Shown here: piece by piece, positions 1 to 9,572 of the stretch
Position numbering within the stretch: the first letter of the stretch is position 1
Layout: the number at the start of each line of letters is the position of its first letter
From: an uncultured delta proteobacterium
Lineage (GTDB): Bacteria; Desulfobacterota; Binatia; Binatales; Binataceae
Direction: 5' to 3'
DNA: 64,000 nucleotides
Assembly (NCBI GenBank): GCA_963765675.1
Contig: CAVXXK010000006.1
Span: 352,001 to 416,000 of the forward strand
Made by a program: the position numbers and the translations under genes
Notes under the pieces: model-generated
Database searches by the model: none
Seen by the model: the letters and a program-made list of their open reading frames with translations, nothing else
Told to the model about the DNA's origin: nothing

Positions 1-622
1 GCGAGTGCATATCGACCAGCAGATACGAGATTCCTTTGTGCTTGGGCGCGGACGGATCGGTGCGCACCAGCAGCACCTGCCAGTCGGCGCGATGAGCAAG
101 ACTGGTCCAGACCTTCTGCCCGTTGACGACGAAGTTGTCCCCCTCGAGGACGGCGCGCGTCTGGAGACCCGCCAGGTCGGAGCCTGCATTCGGCTCGGAA
201 TACCCCTGGCACCAAATTTCCTCGCCGGTCAGCATCTTGGGCAGATAGCGCTTGCGTTGCGCCTCGTTGCCCATCAGCGCGATGGTCGGGCCGATTCTAT
301 CGAGCGCGAGTTGGTTGCATCCGTAGAGCGGCAGGCCGAGGCGCAGCACTTCGTCCTGGTAGATCGACTGCTCGATTATTCCCGCGCCGGTGCCGCCCCA
401 TTCGACCGGCCAGTGCAGCGCGGCGTATCCCGCGGAGAAGAGCCTGCGATGATACTCGCGCATCTTGTTCCACTGCGCGTCGTCGCGGACGTCGAGCAGG
501 CTCGCGGTCGAGGCGCCCATGCCCTCGCCGCCGCGGCCGAGAACCTCCCGTGAATTCTTTTCGAGCCACCCGCGCAGCTCTGCGCGGAATGCATCCTGTT
601 CGGGCGTATAGCTGAAGTCCAT
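1..622 (-). CDS. Acyl-CoA dehydrogenase family protein (5' part; runs off the left edge)
   Basis: Manual translation from ATG at 622: MDFSYTPEQDAFRAELRGWL...WCQGYSEPNAGSDLAGLQTRA...NGQKVWTS...KHKGIS, typical ACAD motifs. Absent from the ORF track because the stop lies outside the window. Confidence 0.9.
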   Translation of the reverse strand, partial: MDFSYTPEQDAFRAELRGWLEKNSREVLGRGGEGMGASTASLLDVRDDAQWNKMREYHRRLFSAGYAALHWPVEWGGTGAGIIEQSIYQDEVLRLGLPLYGCNQLALDRIGPTIALMGNEAQRKRYLPKMLTGEEIWCQGYSEPNAGSDLAGLQTRAVLEGDNFVVNGQKVWTSLAHRADWQVLLVRTDPSAPKHKGISYLLVDMHS

Positions 623-717
623 CGGTTTCTCCGCGAGGTAGGATAACGCGCGAGAGTATAGCGCCGAGGCAGCAGAGTTTTGAAACGCGCGCAGAGCCAG
701 CGGTTAGAGCAAGGCCG

Positions 718-793
718 CCCTCACCCCCGCGGCACGGCGATTGCTGATAAAGAGCAATCGCCGCGCCGCGGACCCTCTCCCGGCGGGAGAGGG
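718..793. repeat. REP-like palindromic element (CCCTCACCC...CCCTCTCCC-ggc-GGGAGAGGG) with an internal 19-bp-stem hairpin
   Basis: Stems 727-745/753-771 and 773-781/785-793, just downstream of the SDR stop at 813. Confidence 0.65.
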
Positions 794-812
794 AAATAGG
801 GTAGGCGAAGCG

Positions 813-1658
813 CTACTTCTCGAAGGACGGGCCGATAAACCCTTGCGCCGGAATCGCCGTCTGCTGGCGAGGCGAGTCAGGCCGCTCGAAGAACTGGCTC
901 CCGATCGTCAGGCCGCCATCGACGACCATCGCCTGTCCCGTGATCCACTGCGAGTCGTCGCTGGCGAGGAACAGCGCCATGTTCGCGATATCCTCAGGAT
1001 GCCCCGCGCGCTGGATCGGCTGGCCATGCGCCATCCACTGTTCCATCGCGTCCTTCATCCCGGGCTGATTGCGATGCAGGATCGGAGTGTTGATTCCGCC
1101 CGGACAGATGCAGTTGACGCGAATCTTGTCCTTGGCGAATTCGAGCGCCGCCGAGCGCGTCAGGTTGACGACTCCGGCTTTCGCCGCGCAATAGGCATGG
1201 AGACCCGCAAAGCCGCGGATGCCGGCGACTGACGCGGTAGAGATGATAGATCCGCCGCCCGCCTTGCGCATCTCGGGCACCGCGTGTTTCATTCCAAGGA
1301 ACACTGAGCGCATCAGGACCGCGAAGCTCTTATCCCAATCCTCGACGCTGATCTGTTCGAGCGGTCCGACCGCTCCGCCGATACCGGCGTTGTTGTAGAT
1401 AACGTCGAGGCGGCCGAATTCCTTGATCGCGCGGGCGATGAGAGTTTTGATTTCTGCCTCGCCCGAGACGTCGGCCTTTTGAAAGACTGCGCGGCCGCCG
1501 TTCTCCTTGCAGTCGCGAACCGCTGCCTCGCCGCCTTCGGCATTCAGGTCCGCGATTACGACCGCCGCGCCTTCACCCGCAAAACGGATCGCGGTGCCGC
1601 GTCCGATTCCGCTCGCCGCGCCGGTGATGATTGCGACTTTTCCATCGAGTCTGCCCAT
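813..1658 (-). CDS. Classical short-chain dehydrogenase/reductase (paralog 1)
   Basis: TGAASGIG, NNAG, YCAAK, IRVNCICPG motifs. Confidence 0.93.
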   Translation of the reverse strand: MGRLDGKVAIITGAASGIGRGTAIRFAGEGAAVVIADLNAEGGEAAVRDCKENGGRAVFQKADVSGEAEIKTLIARAIKEFGRLDVIYNNAGIGGAVGPLEQISVEDWDKSFAVLMRSVFLGMKHAVPEMRKAGGGSIISTASVAGIRGFAGLHAYCAAKAGVVNLTRSAALEFAKDKIRVNCICPGGINTPILHRNQPGMKDAMEQWMAHGQPIQRAGHPEDIANMALFLASDDSQWITGQAMVVDGGLTIGSQFFERPDSPRQQTAIPAQGFIGPSFEK

Positions 1659-1691
1659 GATGATTACTCCTCAGAAGATAAAAGCTTGCGC

Positions 1692-2540
1692 CTATTTTCG
1701 ATCTGTCCTGGTGAATGATGGACCCGCAAAGTTTCCGGGAACCGCCGGCGGCGCCGGGCGATTGTTCCCGATCACCGTGCCGCCTGCTGTCATGCCGCCG
1801 TCTACGACCATCGCGGCCCCCGTGACCCATTCCGCTTCGTCGCTGGCCAAGTATAGCGCCATGTTCGCAATATCATCGGGACGTCCCGCGCGCGGAATCG
1901 GCTGAATCAGCGCGAGGAATTGCGCCGCGGTCTCCTCGCCTCCTGGCAGCCTGCCGTTAATGAGCGGAGTGTTGATTCCACCCGGACAAATACAGTTGAC
2001 GCGAATCCTGTCTTTGCCGACTTCGAGCGCCACCGAGCGCGTGAGATTGATCACTCCCGCCTTCGCCGCACTGTAGGCGTGAGGACCCGCGCCTCCGCGC
2101 AAGCCTGCGACCGAGGCGGTCGAGATGATCGAGCCTCCGCCGGCCTTGCGCATCTCGGGCACGGCATATTTCATTCCGGCGAACACCGCGCGCAGCAGTA
2201 TCGCCATCGTCATGTCCCAATTCTCGAACGTGATCTCGTCGATCGCTCCGATCGCACCTCCCAGGCCCGCGTTGTTGAACATCGTATCGAGCTTGCCGAA
2301 TTCGTTGACCGCGCGATCGACGGCGCCTTTGACATCCTCGCCGACGGCGACATCGGTCTTCTGGAACACCGCGTGGCCGCCATTCTCCCTGCACGCGCGC
2401 ACCGCGGACTCTCCGCCCTCCTGGTTGAGGTCGGCTATCACCACCGATGCGCCTTCGCCCGCAAACCGGATCGCGGTCGCGCGGCCGATACCGCTGGCCG
2501 CGCCGGTGATCACCGCCACTTTGCCTTCGAGTCTGCCCAT
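1692..2540 (-). CDS. Classical SDR (paralog 2)
   Basis: TGAASGIG, NNAG, YSAAK; highly similar to both neighbours. Confidence 0.93.
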   Translation of the reverse strand: MGRLEGKVAVITGAASGIGRATAIRFAGEGASVVIADLNQEGGESAVRACRENGGHAVFQKTDVAVGEDVKGAVDRAVNEFGKLDTMFNNAGLGGAIGAIDEITFENWDMTMAILLRAVFAGMKYAVPEMRKAGGGSIISTASVAGLRGGAGPHAYSAAKAGVINLTRSVALEVGKDRIRVNCICPGGINTPLINGRLPGGEETAAQFLALIQPIPRAGRPDDIANMALYLASDEAEWVTGAAMVVDGGMTAGGTVIGNNRPAPPAVPGNFAGPSFTRTDRK

Positions 2541-2688
2541 GGTCGTTCTTCCCTTTAAGAAATAACTTTCCGCCGCGACGCGGTGCCCCTCAACCTAATA
2601 GCCGTTAGGGCGATCTGACGCAAAGCGCGGTCCGCCCGCCGTGGACGGTCGGTAGCCTCCCCGCCATCGTTCCGTGCGCGGCGACGGA

Positions 2689-3525
2689 CTACTTCCCGTG
2701 CTTTTCGAACGACGGACCCGAGAAGACGCCGTCGCCCGGGATACCCGGAAGGCGAAAGCGGGCGTTGCCGGTATTCACGCCGCCATCTACCACCATCGCG
2801 GTGCCGGTTATCCATTCCGAATCATCGCTGGCCAGGAACAGCGCCATCTTCGCGATATCCTCAGGACGTCCCGCGCGAGGGATCGGTTGCATCCGCGCCA
2901 TATTCTTCTCGGCGGCTTCCTCGGCGCCCGGCCTCCCGCGATGAATTAGCGGAGTGTTGACGCCACCCGGACAGATGCAGTTGACGCGGATCCTGTCGTG
3001 CCCGACCTCGATCGCAACTGCCTCGGTCAGGTTGACGACCGCGGCCTTGGCCGCGCTGTATGGGGCGAGGAATCCGACCCCGCGCAGCCCGGCGACTGAG
3101 GCGGTCGAGATGATCGATCCGCCGCCCGACTTGCGGATTGCGGGAATCGAGTACTTCATCCCCAGGAACGCCGCCCGCAGCAGAATCGCGATGGTCTGGT
3201 CGAAATCCTGCGCCGCAACTTTGTCTATCGGGCCCACCGCGCCGGCCACACCGGCGTTGTTGTACATGATATCCAGCCTGCCGTATTCGCGGACCGCGCG
3301 ATCGACGGCGGCTTTGATATCGGGCTCGCTGGTCACGTCGGTGCGCTGGAACACCGCGCGTCCGCCGGCCGCGGCGCATTCCGCGACGGCGGTCTCTCCG
3401 CCCTGTGAATTCAGATCGGTCAGAACGACCGCGGCGCCTTCCTTCGCGAACAGGATCGCCGTCGCGCGTCCCATCCCGCTGGCGGCGCCGGTGATAACCG
3501 CAACTTTTCCATTGAGTTTGCCCAT
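2689..3525 (-). CDS. Classical SDR (paralog 3)
   Basis: Start placed at MGKLNGK (ATG 3525) by alignment with the paralogs; TGAASGMG, NNAG, YSAAK. Confidence 0.92.
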   Translation of the reverse strand: MGKLNGKVAVITGAASGMGRATAILFAKEGAAVVLTDLNSQGGETAVAECAAAGGRAVFQRTDVTSEPDIKAAVDRAVREYGRLDIMYNNAGVAGAVGPIDKVAAQDFDQTIAILLRAAFLGMKYSIPAIRKSGGGSIISTASVAGLRGVGFLAPYSAAKAAVVNLTEAVAIEVGHDRIRVNCICPGGVNTPLIHRGRPGAEEAAEKNMARMQPIPRAGRPEDIAKMALFLASDDSEWITGTAMVVDGGVNTGNARFRLPGIPGDGVFSGPSFEKHGK

Positions 3526-3706
3526 CACGATAACCTCGCTTGCTGAATAGCAAGCAATGGCGTCCGACTGGAAGCGGCGCAAGCAACCGGAAAGCAAAGA
3601 CTCGAGGGATTGAGATAGAAGTGTGCGCTGATCTGGAGGCCAACCAGCGAGCGAGAAAAGTGTCGAAACCGGATTCCCGAACGGAATCCCGCCGCGACGG
3701 TGCAAA

Positions 3707-4336
3707 CTATCTGAGCGTAACGCGTCGCCGCCGCAAGAGGCGCGACCATGACGATGCGGGCTTTTGCGGCGTTTCCTCCAGTATCGCGATAGCCGCAACG
3801 CGAATCCGCTCGGTCATCGCTTTGAAGTCTCGGGGAGATTCTTCAATGAGCTCATCAGGGAGCGGGCCGGATTCGACGGCGGCGCTTGCCTCCGCGCCCG
3901 CCGTCGATCCCTCGCGAATTTGGCGCAGGATGAAAAGCAAGTCCGCTTTGCCGCGCAGAGATCCGAACAGAGAAGAGCGCGACAGCGCTTGGAGTTCCTC
4001 AGGCGTCACGCTCAGGCGCTCAAGGAGTTCATGGTCGCTGGAGAACTCCTCAAAGATCCGATGGCGCGGGACGCCTTCGCCGTCAAGAGCTGCCGAATCC
4101 TCGCAACATTCGGGAGGCTCCGAAGCTGACCCGCATTCCGCTGCATCGGCAGCCGAAATCAGATCGCTTTCCGGCTGTGGTTCTGATTCGTGCCTCAATG
4201 AGTTTGAAAGCCCGGAGTCTGCCAATCTTATCGAATCGGCGAGACACTTAACTGCCGCCAGAAATTCGCGCATTATGCGTTCCGCTCGTTCCGCGTTGAG
4301 GTTAGAGTTAACAGTGTTCAATTCCGACGCCTTCAT
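3707..4336 (-). CDS. Hypothetical protein
   Basis: 209-aa ORF with a G-rich RBS-like sequence upstream, co-directional with the upstream gene; no family recognised. Confidence 0.65.
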   Translation of the reverse strand: MKASELNTVNSNLNAERAERIMREFLAAVKCLADSIRLADSGLSNSLRHESEPQPESDLISAADAAECGSASEPPECCEDSAALDGEGVPRHRIFEEFSSDHELLERLSVTPEELQALSRSSLFGSLRGKADLLFILRQIREGSTAGAEASAAVESGPLPDELIEESPRDFKAMTERIRVAAIAILEETPQKPASSWSRLLRRRRVTLR

Positions 4337-4382
4337 GACGCGCTAGTGAACACCCCCTTTTGCGTGCTCCGCGTCTGAAAAT

Positions 4383-4844
4383 TTACTGAGCCAAACCCCG
4401 TGACTTTCCGTCGAAACTCTCGGCCAAAGCCGAGAACTCCTGATGCAGGACCTTGGCCGGCTCAAAAGCGTTGACCAAATCCGCAAGCCGCTCCTGCAGA
4501 TTAGCTGCCGGCTCCAACGCTTCGGTCAGCTGCCGCAAACTTTCGCCAAATGCAGCCGCGAGCTGATCGAGTTGGGTGTTGAGATCCCGCAGCGGCGTGA
4601 ATTGCTGCAACACCGTGCGGAGTTGACTGCGGAAATTGTGCATCGGCTCGAGCACCTTGGCGAGCTCCTCGATCTGCGCCGCGAATTCCTTCAAGGGCTT
4701 GAACACCGCCGTCAACTGGGCAAGCTGCTGCATCGGCTCCAGAATGTGCGAGAGTCCAGCTAACTGGTCCTGCAAAGGTTTGACCCGCTCAAAGATGGTG
4801 GACACGGCGATTGTGGACTCAAACGATCCTTGTTGATCCGACAT
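4383..4844 (-). CDS. Hypothetical all-alpha protein with ~17-aa Pro-punctuated amphipathic repeats
   Basis: ATG 4844 preceded by AGAGGA; repeats such as FKPLKEFAAQIEELAKV, LEPMHNFRSQLRTVLQQ, FTPLRDLNTQLDQLAAA. Confidence 0.75.
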   Translation of the reverse strand: MSDQQGSFESTIAVSTIFERVKPLQDQLAGLSHILEPMQQLAQLTAVFKPLKEFAAQIEELAKVLEPMHNFRSQLRTVLQQFTPLRDLNTQLDQLAAAFGESLRQLTEALEPAANLQERLADLVNAFEPAKVLHQEFSALAESFDGKSRGLAQ

Positions 4845-4923
4845 GTTTTTATCCTCTACAAGCAAAAACTTATAATTTTCGAAAACCACGTTCCCGGTAC
4901 CTACTTAGGCAACGCTTGTCCAA

Positions 4924-4939
4924 AGCATGAAATGTGCCG
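4924..4939 (-). promoter_or_regulatory. Putative sigma-54 (-24/-12) promoter
   Basis: Minus strand reads CGGCACATTTCATGCT versus consensus TGGCAC-N5-TTGCW, with GG and GC correctly spaced; about 80 bp upstream of ATG 4844. Confidence 0.6.
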
Positions 4940-5057
4940 CCTTGTTGTGGACTTCGCGCTACTCAAAGATGCAAGGATTTATCGCGCCCGCGGTCATCGA
5001 GTAGCCTCGCGGCGTATCAGATCCGACACAATAAGGGATTTCCGCGCGGTCAGTTTG

Positions 5058-5092
5058 TCACTTTTATACTACAAAATGGTTTACAAAAGTGA
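5058..5092. promoter_or_regulatory. AT-rich inverted repeat; candidate enhancer or operator site
   Basis: TCACTTTTATA-N13-TACAAAAGTGA (10 of 11 bp complementary), about 120-150 bp upstream of the sigma-54 motif. Confidence 0.45.
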
Positions 5093-5164
5093 TTTTCCTT
5101 ACGCCTACGAGATTCGTTCCCGATGCGCCGAATGAAACGATGGCAGATTGGAGCCGACCCTCGA

Positions 5165-5173
5165 TGCTATAAT
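5165..5173 (+). promoter_or_regulatory. Extended -10 promoter element (TGcTATAAT) for uvrC
   Basis: Perfect TGnTATAAT ending 10 nt before ATG 5184. Confidence 0.55.
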
Positions 5174-5183
5174 TGCGCCCGCG

Positions 5184-7298
5184 ATGGCGAGCGAAGACGA
5201 GAGGGGGCGGGGGACGCCGATCGGGCCGAGCTATAGCTCCCTGGTCGAGTATCCTGAGGATCCGGCTGCGCGAGCGCCGGCCGTGCTCGAGCTGAAGCCA
5301 GAGAACACCGCGTCCGAGGACGACCCGATCGAGCGCAAACTCGCGATCACGCCGCCAGCGCCGGGTGTCTATCTGCTGAAGGATCGCGCGGGCAAAGTCC
5401 TTTACGTCGGTAAGGCCAAGTCGCTGCGTCCTCGCGTGCGCTCGTACTTTCGTCCTGCCCGCGAGGGTGAGGCCGGCGACGGGCGCTACCAGGTGCGCTT
5501 CCTGATGCGCAAGGTGCGCGACTTCGACACGATCGTCACCGCGAGCGAGAAAGAAGCGCTCATCCTCGAAAACAATCTGATCAAACAGTACAAGCCGCGC
5601 TACAACATCCGGCTGAAAGACGACAAATCCTACCTGAGCGCCAAGGTCACCAAGCACGCGTGGCCGCGAATCACCGTTACGCGACGCATCGTGAAGGACG
5701 GCGGGCGCTACTTCGGCCCATTTGGATCGGCTGACGGACTGCGCGAGACGATCGACGTTATCCGCAAGGTGTTTCCGCTGCGGACTTGCTCCGACGGCGT
5801 GTTCCGCAATCGCACGCGGCCGTGCCTCGAGTATCAGATCAAGCGATGCCTCGGGCCGTGCTGCCTGCCCGTCGATCGCGAGGAGTACGAAAAGCATCTG
5901 CACGCCGCCGAGCTATTGCTCGAGGGCAAGAACCTGGAGCTCTTGCGCGAGATGCGCGATCAGATGAAGGCGCATGCTTCGCGCCTCGAATTCGAAGACG
6001 CCGCGCGCGTTCGCGACCGGGTCAAGGCGATCGAGAAAACCGTCGAGCGCCAGACCGTGCTCCATCACATGGGAATCGATCAGGACGTGTTCGGCCTCTA
6101 CCGCGAAGGCGGCGAGATCGAGGCGATCGTCCTGATCGTGCGCGGCGGCAAGCTGACCAGCACGCAGAGCTGGAGTTTCCAGGATCTGGAATTCTCGGAT
6201 CACGACGTGTTGTCAGATCTGCTGACGCAATACTATCAGGGCGCGCGTGCGATTCCTGATGAAGTGATCGTTCCGGTCGAGCTCGAGGATGCGGCCGTGC
6301 GCGCCGAGCTGCTAACCGAGCGGCGCGGCAAGAAATGCGAGTTCGTCGTGCCGCAGCGGGGAGACAAGGTGCGGCTGATCGAGATGGCGCAGGAAAACGC
6401 GCGCCAGAGCTTCGCCGCGCGCCGCGACAAGGAACAGACCCGCGAGAAGATGCTCGAGGATCTGCGCACGCGGCTGCATCTCAAGAATTCTCCGAAGCGA
6501 ATCGAATGCTACGACATCTCGAATCTGCAGGGCTCGATGGTGGTCGGCTCGCAGGTCACGTTCGACGAGGGCGAGCCGCTGAAGGCTCAATACCGCCGCT
6601 ACCGGATTCGTGGCTTCGAGGGGCAGGACGATTTCGCAAGCCTCGATGAAGTGCTCGGCCGCCGCGTCAAGCGCGCCAAGCAGGAGAATCAATTTCCCGA
6701 CCTGTGGGTGATCGACGGCGGCAAAGGTCAGCTCAACGTTGCGCTGCAAGTGCTGCGCGAGAACGATCTGCTCGATCAGATCGATTGCATCTCGCTCGCC
6801 AAGCAGCACGTCCTCGACAGGCGCTACGACAAGGAAGTCTCGAAGTCCGAGGAGCGGGTGTTCCTGCCCGGGCGCAAGGATCCGATCGTGCTGCCCAAGA
6901 ACTCGACCGCGCTGTTCCTGCTGGTGCGCGTGCGCGACGAGGCGCATCGCTTCGCGATCACCTACAACCGCGAGCTGCGCCGGCGCGCGCGGATGCGCTC
7001 GGTCCTCGACGATATCGAGGGGATCGGCCCGGTGCGGCGCCGCGCGATGCTCCGGCATTTCGGCAGCCTGAAAAGAATTCGCGAAGCCTCGATCGAGGAG
7101 ATAGCGCAGGTCAAAGGCATCAACCTGGATCTCGCCGGCGAGATCCGGCGGCATCTTGATGCGATGGCATCAATCATCGACCGCGCAATGCAGGAAGAAG
7201 CCACCGAAGACGCGCGGGAAGATGCAGCGCGAGATGCCGGTGGCGTCAAAGCGGTTGCGCCCGATCTGCCTCGGGCCGAGGACGATGTCGTCTGGTAA
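5184..7298 (+). CDS. uvrC: Excinuclease ABC subunit C
   Basis: GIY-YIG (PGVYL...YVGKAK), Cys cluster, IECYDIS, DGGKGQ, RDEAHRFA, HhH (GIGP). Start could alternatively be 5148. Confidence 0.96.
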   Translation: MASEDERGRGTPIGPSYSSLVEYPEDPAARAPAVLELKPENTASEDDPIERKLAITPPAPGVYLLKDRAGKVLYVGKAKSLRPRVRSYFRPAREGEAGDGRYQVRFLMRKVRDFDTIVTASEKEALILENNLIKQYKPRYNIRLKDDKSYLSAKVTKHAWPRITVTRRIVKDGGRYFGPFGSADGLRETIDVIRKVFPLRTCSDGVFRNRTRPCLEYQIKRCLGPCCLPVDREEYEKHLHAAELLLEGKNLELLREMRDQMKAHASRLEFEDAARVRDRVKAIEKTVERQTVLHHMGIDQDVFGLYREGGEIEAIVLIVRGGKLTSTQSWSFQDLEFSDHDVLSDLLTQYYQGARAIPDEVIVPVELEDAAVRAELLTERRGKKCEFVVPQRGDKVRLIEMAQENARQSFAARRDKEQTREKMLEDLRTRLHLKNSPKRIECYDISNLQGSMVVGSQVTFDEGEPLKAQYRRYRIRGFEGQDDFASLDEVLGRRVKRAKQENQFPDLWVIDGGKGQLNVALQVLRENDLLDQIDCISLAKQHVLDRRYDKEVSKSEERVFLPGRKDPIVLPKNSTALFLLVRVRDEAHRFAITYNRELRRRARMRSVLDDIEGIGPVRRRAMLRHFGSLKRIREASIEEIAQVKGINLDLAGEIRRHLDAMASIIDRAMQEEATEDAREDAARDAGGVKAVAPDLPRAEDDVVW

Positions 7299-7478
7299 CG
7301 ACCGTGCCACCTGACAATTGCGCCGGTCAGAGCGCGGGTCTGGAATCCGCGCGCGGTTACTATATGATTAGCAGCGTCGAATAATTAGCCGCCGTCCGAT
7401 AAGCGCGACTGCTCCCCGCGTCGGGCGCGAAATCGCATCCATCAAGCGCACTCAGCAGGAAGGAAAGTAACAAGCGAC

Positions 7479-8726
7479 ATGGCCTACAAGCACATCAAGG
7501 TTCCCAGCGACGGACAGAAAATCACCCTCGGCAAAAATCATACGCTGAACGTTCCCGACCGGCCGATTATCCCGTTTATCGAAGGCGACGGCACCGGTCC
7601 CGATATCTGGCGCGCGTCGCAGTATGTCTTCGACAACGCAGTCGCGAAAATCTATGGCGGCAAGCGCAAGATCGCGTGGATGGAAGTCTACGCCGGCGAG
7701 AAGCCATTCAAGGAGCAGAACACCTGGCTCCCGGATGAGACCGTCGAGGCGTTCAAGGAATTTCTGGTCGGGATCAAGGGTCCTCTCACCACTCCGATCG
7801 GCGGTGGAATCCGTTCGCTTAACGTCGCGCTGCGCCAGATGCTCGACCTCTATGTATGCCTGCGGCCGGTGCGCTACTTCACCGGCGTGCCCAGTCCGGT
7901 CAAGCATCCCGAAAAGCTCGACGTCGTGATCTTCCGCGAGAACACCGAAGATATCTACGCCGGAATCGAATGGCCGGCCGAGTCGCCCGAAGCGAAGAAG
8001 CTCATCAAGTTCCTGCAGGAGGAAATGGGCGTCAAGAATATCCGCTTCCCGAATACTTCCGGAATCGGCGTCAAGCCGATCTCGCGCGAGGGCTCCGAAC
8101 GCCTGATTCGCGCCGCGCTGGACTACGCGCTCCTGCGCAAACGCAAGAGCGTGACCTTCGTCCACAAGGGCAACATCATGAAGTTCACCGAAGGCGCGTT
8201 CCGAGACTGGGGCTATGAACTGGTCCGGCGCGAGTACAAGGGCAAGGCGGTAGGATGGGACGATTGCGGAGGCAAGCCTCCCGCAGGCGAGCTGCTGGTC
8301 AAAGACGCGATCGCGGATATCACCTTGCAGCAGATTCTGACGCGGCCCGATGAGTTCGACGTCGTCGCGACGATGAATCTCAACGGCGACTACATTTCCG
8401 ATGCGCTAGCGGCGCAGGTCGGAGGAATCGGAATCGCGCCGGGCGCCAATATCAACTACCTGACCGGCCACGCGATCTTCGAGGCGACCCACGGCACCGC
8501 GCCCAAGTACGCGAATCAGGACAAGGTGAATCCGGGCTCGGTGATTCTTTCGGGCGTCCTGATGTTTGAGCATATGGGATGGCAGGAAGCCGCCGACGGA
8601 ATCATCCGCGGGCTCGAAAAGACCATCGCGAACAAGACCGTCACCTACGATTTCGAGCGTTTGATGACCGGCGCCAAGCTGCTCAAATGCTCCGAGTTCG
8701 GCAAGGCGATCGTCGATAATATCTAG
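7479..8726 (+). CDS. icd: Isocitrate dehydrogenase (NADP+, E. coli-type)
   Basis: [41 protein letters not shown]. Confidence 0.97.
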   Translation: MAYKHIKVPSDGQKITLGKNHTLNVPDRPIIPFIEGDGTGPDIWRASQYVFDNAVAKIYGGKRKIAWMEVYAGEKPFKEQNTWLPDETVEAFKEFLVGIKGPLTTPIGGGIRSLNVALRQMLDLYVCLRPVRYFTGVPSPVKHPEKLDVVIFRENTEDIYAGIEWPAESPEAKKLIKFLQEEMGVKNIRFPNTSGIGVKPISREGSERLIRAALDYALLRKRKSVTFVHKGNIMKFTEGAFRDWGYELVRREYKGKAVGWDDCGGKPPAGELLVKDAIADITLQQILTRPDEFDVVATMNLNGDYISDALAAQVGGIGIAPGANINYLTGHAIFEATHGTAPKYANQDKVNPGSVILSGVLMFEHMGWQEAADGIIRGLEKTIANKTVTYDFERLMTGAKLLKCSEFGKAIVDNI

Positions 8727-8752
8727 GCAGCGTGAATCGATTTGAATGTTAC

Positions 8753-8787
8753 CGGGACCGGCGCGCCGGCGTGGCACGCCGGTCCCG
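8753..8787 (+). terminator. GC-rich hairpin after icd, probable terminator
   Basis: CGGGACCGGCG / CGCCGGTCCCG 11-bp stem followed by a weak T-rich tail. Confidence 0.45.
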
Positions 8788-8807
8788 TTGCGTTTGCCGC
8801 TGAAACG

Positions 8808-9566
8808 ATGCGCCAGCGAATCAGGATTGCAGCGCGCGCCCTGGCGATCGCTTTCGCAGCCAGTGTGCTGGCCGGATGCTCGTCCGGCGTGGTGCAGCCG
8901 CTCAATCAGAGTCCCGCTTCCGCGAAGGAACCACGGCAGCCGCCCGACGCCGCACTATCAGCCGGCACAGGGTTCCTGCCCGATCCGGCGCGAATGATGG
9001 CGGATAGCCGTTTTCCGTTTCACCTGTCCTGGGTCCAGCCGGGCACTGATTTCAAAAACTACACTGAGGTGATGCTGGCGCCGATCAGCCTCCAGTATCT
9101 CGCGGCTCCGCCGACCGCGAGCGCCGCGACTCCCCAAGGCAACCGGCATGCGTCGGTTGACGTCGCGGTCTTCGCGGGCGACGCGTTCATCCAAGCAGTG
9201 CGGGACGATCCGTCGCATCGGCTCACGATAGTGACGAAGGCGGATGCGAAAACGATCGTGGTCGAGATGGCGATCGTCGCGCTTGCGCCGAGCGTGCGCC
9301 CGTCCTCGGCGGACGCGTTCGGCATCCCGACCACGACCTCAGCGTCGTCGGCGCTTCAGCGCGAGGCGAACTTGAACGGACGCGGAACGATCGCGATGCA
9401 GCTAAAGCTGCGCGACGGCAAGACCAGTCAAGTGATCGCGATCTTCGCCGACGCGCGCCGCGCCAACGCGCCGCCGGGCGACGAGAAACTCACGCCAGGC
9501 TACGGGTTCGCGAATCAGATCGTGGGCGATTGGATGCGCCAGATCGTGGCGATGCTAAATTCCTGA
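8808..9566 (+). CDS. Lipoprotein, DUF3313-like
   Basis: Lipobox LAGC; GFL..., YTEVMLAPI and LKLRDGKTSQVIA patterns resemble DUF3313. Confidence 0.6.
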   Translation: MRQRIRIAARALAIAFAASVLAGCSSGVVQPLNQSPASAKEPRQPPDAALSAGTGFLPDPARMMADSRFPFHLSWVQPGTDFKNYTEVMLAPISLQYLAAPPTASAATPQGNRHASVDVAVFAGDAFIQAVRDDPSHRLTIVTKADAKTIVVEMAIVALAPSVRPSSADAFGIPTTTSASSALQREANLNGRGTIAMQLKLRDGKTSQVIAIFADARRANAPPGDEKLTPGYGFANQIVGDWMRQIVAMLNS

Positions 9567-9572
9567 GTCGCG

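Noticed and set aside
5-553. 182-aa plus-strand ORF and the many other long antisense or alternate-frame ORFs (e.g. 15450-17369, 25097-26353, 35235-36530)
   Set aside because: They are shadows of well-supported genes on the opposite strand or frame, expected in high-GC DNA, and carry no motifs.
3526-3798. 90-aa N-terminal extension on SDR paralog 3 in the ORF track
   Set aside because: The paralogs start at MGRL/MGKL, and the extension overlaps the upstream gene and probable promoter.
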